A DNA stretch of 64,000 bases, from the sequence record KC295538, one strand, 5' to 3'. The position numbers and the translations under genes are program-made. The notes beneath the pieces were generated by a model, which saw nothing but the letters and a program-made list of their open reading frames with translations, searched no databases and was not told the origin of the DNA. This stretch comes from Escherichia phage PBECO4. Below are positions 38,575 through 50,002 of this stretch, piece by piece (position 1 is the stretch's first letter; each line of letters begins with the position of its first letter).

Positions 38575-38993
38575 TTGTTTAGCTCCGTTAATTTTCGTTT
38601 AACTTCTAGATCATGAAACTCATCGGCATATGAGTTTTGAACAGTTCTGATGTATTCCAACATAACAAACATAGTTCCACATACCCATAGATATGTATAG
38701 TAATCAAATACAAATGCATATAACATACACGGTACTAAAATGAAAGTGTAAACAAAACTATATCGTGTAGTTCCAAATACTTTCAGATATAACAAACGTC
38801 GATAATCACGGGCAAATGTATTGATGCACACTGAAAATGTAATTAATGTATACCATGAAATACCCTGAATTAAACCTGAAACATTTAAAAGTTTATGTTC
38901 ATCGGAAAACCCCAGTGCATTTAGCACTGGAGCCATAACCCAACCAATAATACTAATAAGAAAAAGATATTTTGCATTACTTAGTGTGAACAT
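38571..38993 (-). CDS. integral membrane protein (140 aa)
   Basis: Multiple hydrophobic segments. Confidence 0.65.
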   Translation of the reverse strand: MFTLSNAKYLFLISIIGWVMAPVLNALGFSDEHKLLNVSGLIQGISWYTLITFSVCINTFARDYRRLLYLKVFGTTRYSFVYTFILVPCMLYAFVFDYYTYLWVCGTMFVMLEYIRTVQNSYADEFHDLEVKRKLTELNK

Positions 38994-38994
38994 A

Positions 38995-39453
38995 TTACTT
39001 TAGTCCCCATGCTTTTTTGATTGCATCAACAGAGTTTTGGTCCACTACTTCCTTTTTTTCTGATGTAGTTTGAAGTTTATTAATTACATATTCCTTTGCA
39101 TCTTTTTCTATCATAAATTTACCATCAACCAACACACCAAAAACTTTAGAATTTCGGGCTGGATATGGATTAATTTCATCAAGAGTACGGACTTTCTTAT
39201 CAACTATAATGGCTTTGATGTAACCAGTTTCAAGTACTGTTGTAATCACAGTCATTTCAATTGCAACTGGTGAATCTTCCCAATACGCAATCCATTTAGT
39301 AAAGCTACGATCAGGTGAATCTTTTGTGCATTTTAATTTAATTGCACTATTAAAAATGTATTGTTTAAAATTGTCATCGACAACTTCACTAATACTAAAA
39401 TAACCTTCACGCTCTTCAACATTACGTTTGAAATTTGTAGCTAATACATCCAT
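38995..39453 (-). CDS. hypothetical protein (152 aa)
   Basis: Track ORF. Confidence 0.65.
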   Translation of the reverse strand: MDVLATNFKRNVEEREGYFSISEVVDDNFKQYIFNSAIKLKCTKDSPDRSFTKWIAYWEDSPVAIEMTVITTVLETGYIKAIIVDKKVRTLDEINPYPARNSKVFGVLVDGKFMIEKDAKEYVINKLQTTSEKKEVVDQNSVDAIKKAWGLK

Positions 39454-39494
39454 TTTCCATCCCCCTTGGGTTACTTGGTGTGTTAATTATAATA

Positions 39495-39971
39495 CTAAGA
39501 ATCTTTGTTGTCAAACTTTTCCCTCAAATATTTTTCTATTAATCTAATTTGTGTTGGTGGTAAGATAAAGTAATCGTACATAGATTTACTACCATGTATC
39601 GAACAACCTACACTAATACTATAATCATATGGATATAAGTATATTGGATCTTGTATATCAGGTATGAAAACTATTCTTGATATATTACCATTTCCTATTC
39701 TTACTTGGACGTTATCATTATTATTAAGATAATTTCTTATACAGTACTCAATTATACCATTTACTTTAGAATCATAACCATAATTTTTATATTCAGGAAA
39801 AATGAAATAGCGTTCATGGTATAGATATGAGCATAGTAATGCTGGGAAAAAATTCCAAAAACCTTCATGCTTTGCAATTGTTTGTGCATATTTAAAATGA
39901 TTAGCATTACTAAAAATATTATACAGCACAAAATACACAAATGGACTTACCAATAACACTATTGTTAACAT
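39495..39971 (-). CDS. membrane-anchored protein (158 aa)
   Basis: Hydrophobic N-terminus MLTIVLLVSPFVYFVLYNIF. Confidence 0.6.
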   Translation of the reverse strand: MLTIVLLVSPFVYFVLYNIFSNANHFKYAQTIAKHEGFWNFFPALLCSYLYHERYFIFPEYKNYGYDSKVNGIIEYCIRNYLNNNDNVQVRIGNGNISRIVFIPDIQDPIYLYPYDYSISVGCSIHGSKSMYDYFILPPTQIRLIEKYLREKFDNKDS

Positions 39972-40432
39972 CAGAAGCCTCTGTATTTTTCATACACTTC
40001 AACGCATTCCATGATTTTGTCATCGTCCATCATATCATAGCCTTGTAGAAATTCTTCTTTATCAACCTTCCCTGCCATCATATCTGTGTCAGAAATTCTG
40101 GAGTCATAGAAGAAATACATATCTTTATAGTACTGGTTTTTGTGCTGCTCAATCTTTACTTTAGCATATCCAGCACAAAATGAAGGAGATTTAACAACTT
40201 CCCATTTATGCTTCTTGATGGGTTTATCATTAGCATGTTTTTCCCTGTATGTCTGACGATAACGTTCACGCATTTCAGGCATGTATTCTTCAGCAGTACG
40301 TTTAGGGGGAGTTTTACCAGTCCCAATAGTTTTAATAGTTTGACGTTGTTCTTCTGCGTGTACTGGGGAAATAAAACATGATGTACCAAACAGTACTGCT
40401 ACGATAACCATAAAATTCTTAAACATAATCAA
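39971..40432 (-). CDS. secreted protein (signal peptide, 153 aa)
   Basis: MIMFKNFMVIVAVLFGTSCFISPVHAEEQ. Confidence 0.6.
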   Translation of the reverse strand: MIMFKNFMVIVAVLFGTSCFISPVHAEEQRQTIKTIGTGKTPPKRTAEEYMPEMRERYRQTYREKHANDKPIKKHKWEVVKSPSFCAGYAKVKIEQHKNQYYKDMYFFYDSRISDTDMMAGKVDKEEFLQGYDMMDDDKIMECVEVYEKYRGF

Positions 40433-40656
40433 ACCTCTTTTACAATAATATCGATTGATACTGGAATTGCAATTTCACTATTACATGAATATACATCAGC
40501 ACAGTACTCAATATCTAGAACTTTATAATATTTCTCAAACCCACAAATGGTAAGATTCAACGTTGACCCAACTACTGGGAGTACAGGAAATGATAAGAAC
40601 GCAATTTTAGAATGAAATTCTTCATTGATATCTTGATATAGAGTTGCAGTAATCAC
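40429..40656 (-). CDS. hypothetical protein (75 aa)
   Basis: Track ORF. Confidence 0.55.
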   Translation of the reverse strand: MITATLYQDINEEFHSKIAFLSFPVLPVVGSTLNLTICGFEKYYKVLDIEYCADVYSCNSEIAIPVSIDIIVKEV

Positions 40657-41237
40657 AATGGTAACTCCTGTAGTGGTTTCATAATACCGAGTACTGGGTG
40701 ATTTTCAATCATTGGTCGCCCTGGTACACCAGTGAGGATAACTGGGATAGAACTAATATCTTTTACATAGTTGAATCCCTCAAACGTGAACTCTTGTTTT
40801 TTCTCATTATACAATACCCATAGTATTACGTCAGCTTTTTTCTGGATATTTTTTAACTGTCGAGTACTAACACATGGTCCAAAGTCAGTCCATGATTTAT
40901 ACTTGATACCTTTTACTTCAATACGAAGGTTGTTTACCTTAATATCACATTCACCGTCACGTGCTTCATTTTGGAATGCTGGATCGATATTAAGTTTAAT
41001 ACCAGTATTGTTTTCAATTTCATTAAAAAGTACTAAAGATGCGTGCTCACACACCATACCAACAAAATGACTATGTGCATGATTAAAACCATATGGCGAT
41101 TTACTTGCTGGAGCCAAAAGTTTATATCGTTCTGATTTTTCAATCGCTTTTGCCATAAAAGAATCAGCTTCATCTTTATATAACTTAACAGTCATTTTTC
41201 CATTTTTCAGTACTAATCTATTATCAATAACATTCAT
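40653..41237 (-). CDS. hypothetical protein (194 aa), possible nuclease-like D...E.K motif
   Basis: GECDIKVNNLRIEVKG segment; otherwise no recognised motif. Confidence 0.6.
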   Translation of the reverse strand: MNVIDNRLVLKNGKMTVKLYKDEADSFMAKAIEKSERYKLLAPASKSPYGFNHAHSHFVGMVCEHASLVLFNEIENNTGIKLNIDPAFQNEARDGECDIKVNNLRIEVKGIKYKSWTDFGPCVSTRQLKNIQKKADVILWVLYNEKKQEFTFEGFNYVKDISSIPVILTGVPGRPMIENHPVLGIMKPLQELPL

Positions 41238-41302
41238 AAAAACACCTCATTATTCATTCACTACATGATAACACCAAATCATACACCAGTCAAGCTCATT
41301 TT

Positions 41303-41331
41303 TTGGATATGCATAATAAATACGTTATAAT
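41303..41331 (+). promoter_or_regulatory. sigma-70-like promoter TTGGAT-17-TATAAT for the plus-strand gene
   Basis: ttggatatgcataataaatacgttataat upstream of ATG 41354. Confidence 0.5.
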
Positions 41332-41353
41332 AATTATACCAATGGAGGGATAA

Positions 41354-42508
41354 ATGTCAAGGTCAATTGCTGCGGCTGGACGCTATAAGTTTGGTGAATG
41401 TGGTTATGTTGTTGATGGTGCAATCCTCAATGATGGAACTAGACTAAAAAATATTAGAATCTATCGCCAAAGAAGCCATAGATTATATGATTTAGTTGAT
41501 CCAAGAACTAATATAATATATCGTAAAGTACAAATAACAACTAAAGATAATAAAGGTTATCTATTAAATTACAATAAAACTAATGACCAACTATTAAGTG
41601 AAATTAATAAAAATTGTTTCTTTGTTCGTGGATATTCTGAAGAGCCACAAGAAACTGATACTGGATTTGTATATAAATTCATGCTACATAAAACAATTTT
41701 AGGTAGTTCACAAACCTTGTATCATATGTATACACCTGAATGTGGTATTATAGATCGTGATATAGATAATATTCTCATTTCACCAGTATTTGTTGGTAAT
41801 GACTCAATTAGTGGTAAATTATTCAATACTGGTTCAGAAATTGATACTAACGGTATGGTAATAACAATCGTATTACCAGACGGAACAGAATACTTTACTA
41901 CCCAATTTGTTAATGATGCATTTACAATTCCAGTTGATGTTATCACACAATCAGGAAAAGGTACTGCTACACTCACTTCTCCATATTATAACACTAAAGT
42001 GGTGGAATTTGATGTTCTTGAAAGTGGTGAGGATATTGATTTTGTTACATCAGTTCTTCTATCCCAATTTGAACCTGTTTCGGAAGGTGTATTTTCTGCG
42101 GTTGTTCCATTTGATGTTCATGATCGTGGACAGTACTTAGCACTTCAAGCATACAGTGGTGACTTATATCAAGTTGGTGTAGATCTTTCTGTAGACGCAG
42201 AAGGTAATATTACTGTGTATCAAACTGATAATTTACCTGTTTCTTTGAGTATAATCGGAAAAACACTGCATACTACTCCTTTCCATAAAGAATATACTTT
42301 AAGTGAGTGGGTTCTCGGTGAAGACTCTATGTACTCTATCTCGGTTCCAGTAACTGAACATGGTAAAGCACTACCACAAGTTCAATTATATTCTTCAGAC
42401 AATCATGTAGTTCATAGTGAAATACAAGTGGATGAAGATGATAATGTAATTCTTAAAGTAGTAGAACCGCTTGACTGCTCAGTCGTAATAGTTGGTTACA
42501 ACGCATAA
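41354..42508 (+). CDS. hypothetical protein (384 aa), beta-rich, possibly structural
   Basis: Only plus-strand gene in this region; GGAGGG SD; bidirectional terminator downstream. Confidence 0.7.
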   Translation: MSRSIAAAGRYKFGECGYVVDGAILNDGTRLKNIRIYRQRSHRLYDLVDPRTNIIYRKVQITTKDNKGYLLNYNKTNDQLLSEINKNCFFVRGYSEEPQETDTGFVYKFMLHKTILGSSQTLYHMYTPECGIIDRDIDNILISPVFVGNDSISGKLFNTGSEIDTNGMVITIVLPDGTEYFTTQFVNDAFTIPVDVITQSGKGTATLTSPYYNTKVVEFDVLESGEDIDFVTSVLLSQFEPVSEGVFSAVVPFDVHDRGQYLALQAYSGDLYQVGVDLSVDAEGNITVYQTDNLPVSLSIIGKTLHTTPFHKEYTLSEWVLGEDSMYSISVPVTEHGKALPQVQLYSSDNHVVHSEIQVDEDDNVILKVVEPLDCSVVIVGYNA

Positions 42509-42515
42509 TAAAAAA

Positions 42516-42540
42516 GCCACTACATTGTAGTGGCTTTAAT
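42516..42540. terminator. bidirectional intrinsic terminator hairpin GCCACTACA-T-TGTAGTGGC
   Basis: Between convergent genes, flanked by A-run and T-run. Confidence 0.7.
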
Positions 42541-42549
42541 TTTATCTAA

Positions 42550-43362
42550 TTATTTGAAATTGTCACGTAGAACTTCTTCAAGTGTTTTATCTGGATTGCT
42601 AATGGCTACATTATAAATCAATTCTTTAAATGCAGTTAGTGCCTGTTCAGTTGCTTCTGGACCAAAGTTCTCACTAATGCTTTTAAACATACTTTGTGCA
42701 CGTTCTGATTTGATACAACTAGTTACAAACTTGTCAATTTCATTACGAAGCTGCTTAGTTGTCATGTCACCAATGAGCATCTCACTAATTTCTTTTGGTT
42801 CATCTGCACTTGTTCGGACATTCGTAAAACCAAACACATCATCACCTGAGCCAAAGCTACGTTTTTCTTTTTTAGTTTCTTTTACTGGTTCTTCTTCAAC
42901 TTCTTGTTCGTATTCTTTAGTAAAGAGATGAGATAGTACATCATCAAGATTTTTAACCATACCGTCAATACGAGATTCAGCATTCTTGGATACATGTTTG
43001 AATGCTTGCTCTAGTGCTTTTTCTTGAATCTGGTCACGAACATTATTAACTACATTACGAAGTTTTTCATTACAGTTGTCTAAAATTTCTAATACTTCAC
43101 CAGTTTTGATTTTTTCCAAAAGTACATCTAAATCAGATTTTACATGTTGTTTTTGACTTACTTCACCATTAAGAATTGAATTCAATTCTTTAGCACCTTC
43201 AACTGCTTCTTCATGTGTTTTAAATTCAACTGGTACGTCAACACCATCCAGTACAATATTAAGCACTTTACCATCAACGTAGGCGTAGGAGTAAGATGCT
43301 TTTTTGAAAGAAATAGTTTTGAAGAAAATGTTGCTCATATTGATATACTCCTTAATGCCCAC
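42550..43362 (-). CDS. hypothetical protein (270 aa)
   Basis: Track ORF. Confidence 0.7.
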   Translation of the reverse strand: MGIKEYINMSNIFFKTISFKKASYSYAYVDGKVLNIVLDGVDVPVEFKTHEEAVEGAKELNSILNGEVSQKQHVKSDLDVLLEKIKTGEVLEILDNCNEKLRNVVNNVRDQIQEKALEQAFKHVSKNAESRIDGMVKNLDDVLSHLFTKEYEQEVEEEPVKETKKEKRSFGSGDDVFGFTNVRTSADEPKEISEMLIGDMTTKQLRNEIDKFVTSCIKSERAQSMFKSISENFGPEATEQALTAFKELIYNVAISNPDKTLEEVLRDNFK

Positions 43363-43693
43363 TAGCTGGGAAGGTTTTAAACATATAGTGACATTGTACT
43401 AAATCATCGAACTTCAAGCCGAAGTCTTTAGTACCCATCAGTGTGTGGTAAAAATAATGCGAAATTGTATTAGTTTCAGCGTCTTTAATATAGATACCAA
43501 ATTCGGTACAGCAAAACTGGACAACTTCATTATAACTTTCTAACTTGGAAATTACAAGTACTTGATCATAAGAATTTTTATCAAATCCAATGATGTACAT
43601 TTCCTCTGTTTCTGGGTGTACAATCATCCCACCGCGAGAAATAATTTTCTCGAAGTTACTGCTCAAGTACTGAATTGTTGAACTTAAGTTCAT
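43352..43693 (-). CDS. hypothetical protein (113 aa)
   Basis: Track ORF. Confidence 0.6.
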   Translation of the reverse strand: MNLSSTIQYLSSNFEKIISRGGMIVHPETEEMYIIGFDKNSYDQVLVISKLESYNEVVQFCCTEFGIYIKDAETNTISHYFYHTLMGTKDFGLKFDDLVQCHYMFKTFPASGH

Positions 43694-43897
43694 TTACAAC
43701 TCCTTACGTATTACTCGTCCGGTAAGATGTTCATCTGTACAGAACTTCATTATAAATGCTTTTAGATGGAAGTCTTCTAAAATTCTATATGCTTGCTTTT
43801 TCATAACGACTTCCTTCTTCTCCACATCAACAATTATATCATGTTTCTCGTGAAGTTCCTGGATCATTTGATATGAATTCAAACTTAGTACGCTCAT
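43694..43897 (-). CDS. hypothetical small protein (start uncertain; track start 43906 is TTG)
   Basis: First ATG at 43897; overlaps upstream ORF. Confidence 0.4.
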   Translation of the reverse strand: MSVLSLNSYQMIQELHEKHDIIVDVEKKEVVMKKQAYRILEDFHLKAFIMKFCTDEHLTGRVIRKEL

Positions 43898-44213
43898 AAC
43901 CACCAATGTCCTCCATCTCCCACAAAATTTGAACTGCCACTTCTAATTCGTGGTGAATTTGAAAATAACCATTACTTGCAGTATAGATGTAGCCATTTTT
44001 AGTAATTGCATAACCCCACTTTTTACTTTGAGAATGCATCTCACGTTTCAACCCATAAGGTGATGGTGGCTTCTTGACTGGTTCTGGTTCTCGGTTTTCG
44101 TTGTAAATCTCTTGTTCGATTCGCAACGCTTTATGATATGAGTATACATGAATCAGGCGACAAAGTACAATAGTAATGCAACAAATAATTGTAAATGTTA
44201 TCAAGCTCATCAA
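43839..44213 (-). CDS. hypothetical protein with N-terminal membrane anchor (124 aa)
   Basis: MMSLITFTIICCITIVLC... Confidence 0.6.
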   Translation of the reverse strand: MMSLITFTIICCITIVLCRLIHVYSYHKALRIEQEIYNENREPEPVKKPPSPYGLKREMHSQSKKWGYAITKNGYIYTASNGYFQIHHELEVAVQILWEMEDIGGYERTKFEFISNDPGTSRET

Positions 44214-44629
44214 TTTGCCCTCTGCCTAGATACATATTCATTAATTGCATCTTCCAAATCATACCCTGACATTTTTACATTATCAATTGAAACATGATAT
44301 TTTTTCAGCACTTTTTGTCCAGCAGTGTTCTCCCATATAGACCCATCAGGCTCAATATGAACTTTATGGTTCAGGATGAAATCGAACATTTCTTCTTTTG
44401 ATAAGTTTGCTTTACGGGTTTCAATGTGATTGGTATTAAGTAATTCACGAGTATGTTTAATGCCATATTCAGTGTGCACACCAACACTACGATGCAAAAC
44501 TTTTAACTGCTCGGAAGCAGTCTCTTCATCATAAACATGAATAGTTTCAGTACTATATAAAATATCCTGAATATTACCAGTACTTACTTCTGTCCAAGTG
44601 TCTTTGAAATGAATTTTGATTGTTTTCAT
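44210..44629 (-). CDS. hypothetical protein (139 aa)
   Basis: Track ORF. Confidence 0.65.
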   Translation of the reverse strand: MKTIKIHFKDTWTEVSTGNIQDILYSTETIHVYDEETASEQLKVLHRSVGVHTEYGIKHTRELLNTNHIETRKANLSKEEMFDFILNHKVHIEPDGSIWENTAGQKVLKKYHVSIDNVKMSGYDLEDAINEYVSRQRAN

Positions 44630-44640
44630 GGAAGCTCGTA

Positions 44641-45087
44641 TTAGTTATATGCTGTGAATAGGTCAATGTTTTTATCATCTACACTGATTAATTTACCAGT
44701 TGAACTAACAAACACAATATTACCACCAGGGGTGATTTGAACACGCTGGTTTACTGAATATTGATCACTAAGGTTATAATTAGCCCATTCAACTACATAA
44801 CGCTGTTCAACACCGTTAGTATCATATAGATAAACGTGTGTAACGTCACGCATTTTTAAACGGTCTAACAGTGTAGAGTTGTCCATGAAATCCGATGGTG
44901 TATTGCTGCGTAATGCAATACCGAACTCACCGATAACAGTACTAATTGTCAGTCCGTTTGAAAAACGGCTACAAAGAGTTTTCTCATCAGCAATATGCAT
45001 CCATAAAACATTCTTTACATCAATATCAACAAATTCACAGTTTTCAAAAACTAAACCTACTTTGGAAACTTTACCATTAAATTGCAT
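44641..45087 (-). CDS. hypothetical protein (148 aa)
   Basis: Track ORF. Confidence 0.65.
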   Translation of the reverse strand: MQFNGKVSKVGLVFENCEFVDIDVKNVLWMHIADEKTLCSRFSNGLTISTVIGEFGIALRSNTPSDFMDNSTLLDRLKMRDVTHVYLYDTNGVEQRYVVEWANYNLSDQYSVNQRVQITPGGNIVFVSSTGKLISVDDKNIDLFTAYN

Positions 45088-45487
45088 TAGTAACTCCTAT
45101 TTTTTTATATTTTAAAATTAAATCACTCACGGCTTTCATTAGCTTATATGGAATAGCTAACTCTTGAACAGTACTTTCCATAAAATGTTCTTCTTCTGTA
45201 TCATAAAATGTTGAACTATAGTGTTCACAATCATCTATACTATCATAAAAAGAAGACGTAAGTTTATCAACAATGACAGTGATTTGTTTGTCAGTTTTGG
45301 CACATCCTACCTGAACGGTTAATCCAATATCATCAGCCTCTACACGAATTATAAACGAATTATTAGTATAGTTCAGCCAACAATCTTCACCAAAGTATAC
45401 AACACTGTGTTTCTTCTGAAATGAAGTTGCGGTGTTAAGAACACCAATAACAACATCAACTGTTTTTTCATTTAAAATATTAGACAT
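45077..45487 (-). CDS. hypothetical protein, family FQ (start set at ATG 45487 with AGGA SD)
   Basis: C-terminal EEEHFMESTVQEL motif. Confidence 0.6.
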   Translation of the reverse strand: MSNILNEKTVDVVIGVLNTATSFQKKHSVVYFGEDCWLNYTNNSFIIRVEADDIGLTVQVGCAKTDKQITVIVDKLTSSFYDSIDDCEHYSSTFYDTEEEHFMESTVQELAIPYKLMKAVSDLILKYKKIGVTNAI

Positions 45488-45908
45488 TTTTATTCCTGCT
45501 TCGTATGTTTCGTGAAATCTCAAATATTCCATTCAACTGCTCAACAGTTAAACCCTGTAAATCGTAAACTGTTGATAGTTGAAAGAACATCTCTGAATCT
45601 ATAGTATCATGTTCAATTGGAAGACTCAAGAGGTCTTTATTAATAAAATAATCATATGTTCGAATTGTCAAAGAATCACCAAAGATATCAATGTAAAATT
45701 TCGGAACATTATGTAACGAAACATCTATTAATATGTTTTCAGCATATCTACACGAAATTTTAGAATTATTTTTATAAGATTGGTATGAAAAATTATAAGG
45801 TTCATCGACCAATGTGTATGATGAGGTATCACCTTCGGAAAATATTACACCACATTCAATAAGATGTGTTAACGACTTAGGTGGAATTTTTAACATTTCA
45901 CTTCCCAT
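45480..45908 (-). CDS. hypothetical protein, family FQ
   Basis: SEMFFQLSTVYDLQGLTVEQL. Confidence 0.65.
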   Translation of the reverse strand: MGSEMLKIPPKSLTHLIECGVIFSEGDTSSYTLVDEPYNFSYQSYKNNSKISCRYAENILIDVSLHNVPKFYIDIFGDSLTIRTYDYFINKDLLSLPIEHDTIDSEMFFQLSTVYDLQGLTVEQLNGIFEISRNIRSRNKNV

Positions 45909-46326
45909 CCTTACTCATATTACTACGGATCACCCCACTAAGAAAACATATTTTCCTTAATGTATCATAACTGATATTTGTAAGATCATGTACAAAATTC
46001 AACTGCAAGTACATTTCTTCAGTTAATTGATTAAATGTATCATCAACATGAATGTTAGTATGTTCCGTTATATCTATTTCTATATTATTTTCCCAAATAT
46101 CAATGCTAACAGCATAGTCTGATGTATGTCTGGATTGAACTGAAATAAAAATATTATTACTGTTGTATAATGTCTCTGTGTATCCATTCAAAAATGATCC
46201 AACGACAACATCAAAAATGCCATCTCTAATTGGGTTTTTTGTTTCAAACGTATCACTACAAACTTGACGGTATACAATGTCAACATACTTATCAATTAAA
46301 GTAAACAAATAACTCATTGCATTCAC
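45898..46326 (-). CDS. hypothetical protein, family FQ
   Basis: TEEMYLQLNFVHDL. Confidence 0.6.
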   Translation of the reverse strand: MNAMSYLFTLIDKYVDIVYRQVCSDTFETKNPIRDGIFDVVVGSFLNGYTETLYNSNNIFISVQSRHTSDYAVSIDIWENNIEIDITEHTNIHVDDTFNQLTEEMYLQLNFVHDLTNISYDTLRKICFLSGVIRSNMSKDGK

Positions 46327-46551
46327 CTATATAAGAAAAAAGGCCGATTCATCGAATCAGCCTTAAGTATAACACAGTAGAAGTTAAAAAGTCAACTTCT
46401 AAATTACAGCATCCAAGAGGAATAAAAAGATACTGTTAGAGGGTAACGAATATAATGAATTTGAGGGTAATATCATTATACGTAAAAAAGTGATAGCTTC
46501 TATACATAAGGAGGAATCAGTACTGACTAGAAGCTATCGGGTTAAACGATT

Positions 46552-46836
46552 TCAGTACTGAGTGTTTAGTTTAGGATGAGTATTTCCATCTTCGATTTGT
46601 TTTATAATCGAGTCACGAATTTCTACTGCCCCTTGATAACTATATTTATCTTTTGGGAACACCCATGTATATTCGCCATCAGTGGTTTTAAAATCAATAC
46701 ATGGATTATCCCTGTATTCAGATGCAATGATTGCAATAACATGTAATGAATTCAATGAATGATTTGTATAAGGATAATTATTATTATCTCTGAACGTGAA
46801 TGTTTTAAGTTCATCAGGTGCAACAATGAATTCCAT
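46552..46836 (-). CDS. hypothetical protein (94 aa)
   Basis: Track ORF. Confidence 0.6.
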   Translation of the reverse strand: MEFIVAPDELKTFTFRDNNNYPYTNHSLNSLHVIAIIASEYRDNPCIDFKTTDGEYTWVFPKDKYSYQGAVEIRDSIIKQIEDGNTHPKLNTQY

Positions 46837-47027
46837 TATTCATCCTCGTACTTCTTGAATGGTGGAACATCTACCTTGAAGTCTTTGCACATCTTAGTTG
46901 TACGAACTTCAGTATTGTTGTGATAATTTTTCTTAAATTCATAAGAAACATAATTACGAATACCAGGTGTATGAATAATAGCAAGAACCAATGTACGACC
47001 AAACAAGCATAATAAATTCCAGAACAT
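46836..47027 (-). CDS. small protein with hydrophobic N-terminus (63 aa)
   Basis: Track ORF. Confidence 0.5.
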   Translation of the reverse strand: MFWNLLCLFGRTLVLAIIHTPGIRNYVSYEFKKNYHNNTEVRTTKMCKDFKVDVPPFKKYEDE

Positions 47028-47036
47028 ATGAATCTC

Positions 47037-47402
47037 CTAATTGTGGGTTTTAACCAAACGTGAGACAGCTAGTATAGCATTAACCTCATCCAATGTCAAC
47101 CCACCAATGTCATTAATCATTGAGTACTGAAATAGTGATTCTTCAGTGTAATGGTAATCATGAGAAGCAATAAAGATTGCTGGTTTAGAGGCATCCAAAA
47201 TTATCTTTGTCATTGTACTATATATATCAAATTGATATAATAGATTTTCACCTGTATATGCTACGTAGATATTATTTGAATAGGCTGGATGTACCATTGT
47301 AAAACCATCATAACATAATATTTTTATGTTCGGATCGTCAAAATTGCCTGTATAAAGGTTATTACAAACATCTTGCATTATACGTACTATTAGACTAGTC
47401 AT
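47037..47402 (-). CDS. hypothetical protein, family FQ
   Basis: TEESLFQYSMINDIGGLTLDEV. Confidence 0.65.
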   Translation of the reverse strand: MTSLIVRIMQDVCNNLYTGNFDDPNIKILCYDGFTMVHPAYSNNIYVAYTGENLLYQFDIYSTMTKIILDASKPAIFIASHDYHYTEESLFQYSMINDIGGLTLDEVNAILAVSRLVKTHN

Positions 47403-47820
47403 TTAATGGATTTAGTACCTCTTCTGGAATCAACTTTTGAACTTTAAGTATAGCTTTAATGTCCTCAAATGTTAATCCTAATGTGTCGTTAAGGAGGCAG
47501 TACTGGAAGAATTTTTCTTCAGTATCAATATCGTTAACATTCAATTCAATTGATTCATCATCATAATCATAATCTTCATTATCACATTCATAACTTCTGA
47601 ATATAACTTTTTCAAAATACACATCAAATGAATAAAAATGATTATTGAATTCATAACCAAGAAAAATATTAAAACATTTACTCAAATCTGTGGTTTGATT
47701 CAAATCTGGATCATAGCAAAATACTCTAACTTCACCAATATCTTCTAATTGTACATCATGCAGTGACCATGCGTTGTTTTTTAATACATAGTTCACCATT
47801 TTAACAATGTTGTATGTCAT
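47395..47820 (-). CDS. hypothetical protein, family FQ
   Basis: TEEKFFQYCLLNDTLGLTFEDI. Confidence 0.65.
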   Translation of the reverse strand: MTYNIVKMVNYVLKNNAWSLHDVQLEDIGEVRVFCYDPDLNQTTDLSKCFNIFLGYEFNNHFYSFDVYFEKVIFRSYECDNEDYDYDDESIELNVNDIDTEEKFFQYCLLNDTLGLTFEDIKAILKVQKLIPEEVLNPLND

Positions 47821-47826
47821 AGTGTA

Positions 47827-47916
<90 letters not shown>

Positions 47917-47928
47917 AGAAGTAAGATA

Positions 47929-48101
<173 letters not shown>

Positions 48102-48144
48102 ATTGACCTCGTTAGATTAAAACCCCCAGTTTTCTTCTTGAACC

Positions 48145-48204
<60 letters not shown>

Positions 48205-48261
48205 GTATTCTACAGCGACCATTTTAGCTAAAGGTGAACTGAGCATACTCGAAGTACCTCT

Positions 48262-48929
<668 letters not shown>

Positions 48930-48944
48930 TTATACCTCGCATTG

Positions 48945-49104
<160 letters not shown>

Positions 49105-49107
49105 GTA

Positions 49108-49207
<100 letters not shown>

Positions 49208-49242
49208 ATATCAGTACTGAAAACTATTGTCCAGTAGTATTT

Positions 49243-49602
49243 TCAGAAAAAAACCTTATTCAACACTTTAATTATCACAGAATTTAATTCATGTGGGAAC
49301 ACATTTTCATATACTGTGCGTTTCTGAAATTCATCTTCTTCATCAGCACTTAGCTGGAAGGTAATGTATTGAGCATTTATACTATTTATTATATCACGTA
49401 AAGTGTTATTTGTCCTTTTTATTTCTTCAAATGATTCAAAAACAATTACATCGTCATTTATAATAAATGATTCACCATATTCATTGAAAATGCGAATTCC
49501 AGGATTATCTTTACACCAGTTATTGGTATGGTCTGTTGTTAATTTTGAATTCAAAAATGATTTAAGAAACTCTTCATACTTTGAAATGTCTTTAACACTC
49601 AT
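49243..49602 (-). CDS. hypothetical protein with EDEFQKRT motif (family FQ-like)
   Basis: Track ORF. Confidence 0.6.
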   Translation of the reverse strand: MSVKDISKYEEFLKSFLNSKLTTDHTNNWCKDNPGIRIFNEYGESFIINDDVIVFESFEEIKRTNNTLRDIINSINAQYITFQLSADEEDEFQKRTVYENVFPHELNSVIIKVLNKVFF

Positions 49603-49679
49603 ATCACCAACTTTAATTAAAAAAATGGATGGTGACGCTTTTAAACGCCGCTGTTAATTCAGCTTTATAACCACCCGTT

Positions 49680-49889
49680 TTAACTTACCTTTCGGCTACC
49701 TTGACGTGGGGCGTACAGGCTACTAAAAGCAACTTCTGTAAACATATTTCCACGCCTTACCCTTTTAAATAAAAGTCCATCCGGTTTTCCAGTTTGGTGA
49801 AGGACTTTCACCTCTAGTTTCAACCTGCTAGTCAAGTAATAATTGCCTATCGTCCAATTATCAAACCCGTCTAGGTTAACATTCACCAC
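49680..49889 (-). CDS. questionable 69-aa ORF inside GC-richer structured region (alternatively part of an ncRNA)
   Basis: AGGAAG SD-like upstream, but codon usage atypical for this genome. Confidence 0.3.
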   Translation of the reverse strand: MVNVNLDGFDNWTIGNYYLTSRLKLEVKVLHQTGKPDGLLFKRVRRGNMFTEVAFSSLYAPRQGSRKVS

Positions 49890-49964
49890 TTCCTAGAGTA
49901 CCAGAGATCTTGTTCTGGTTAGCATCGACGTAACTTACACCATATACGTCTGATTGTGGAATTC

Positions 49965-50002
<38 letters not shown>

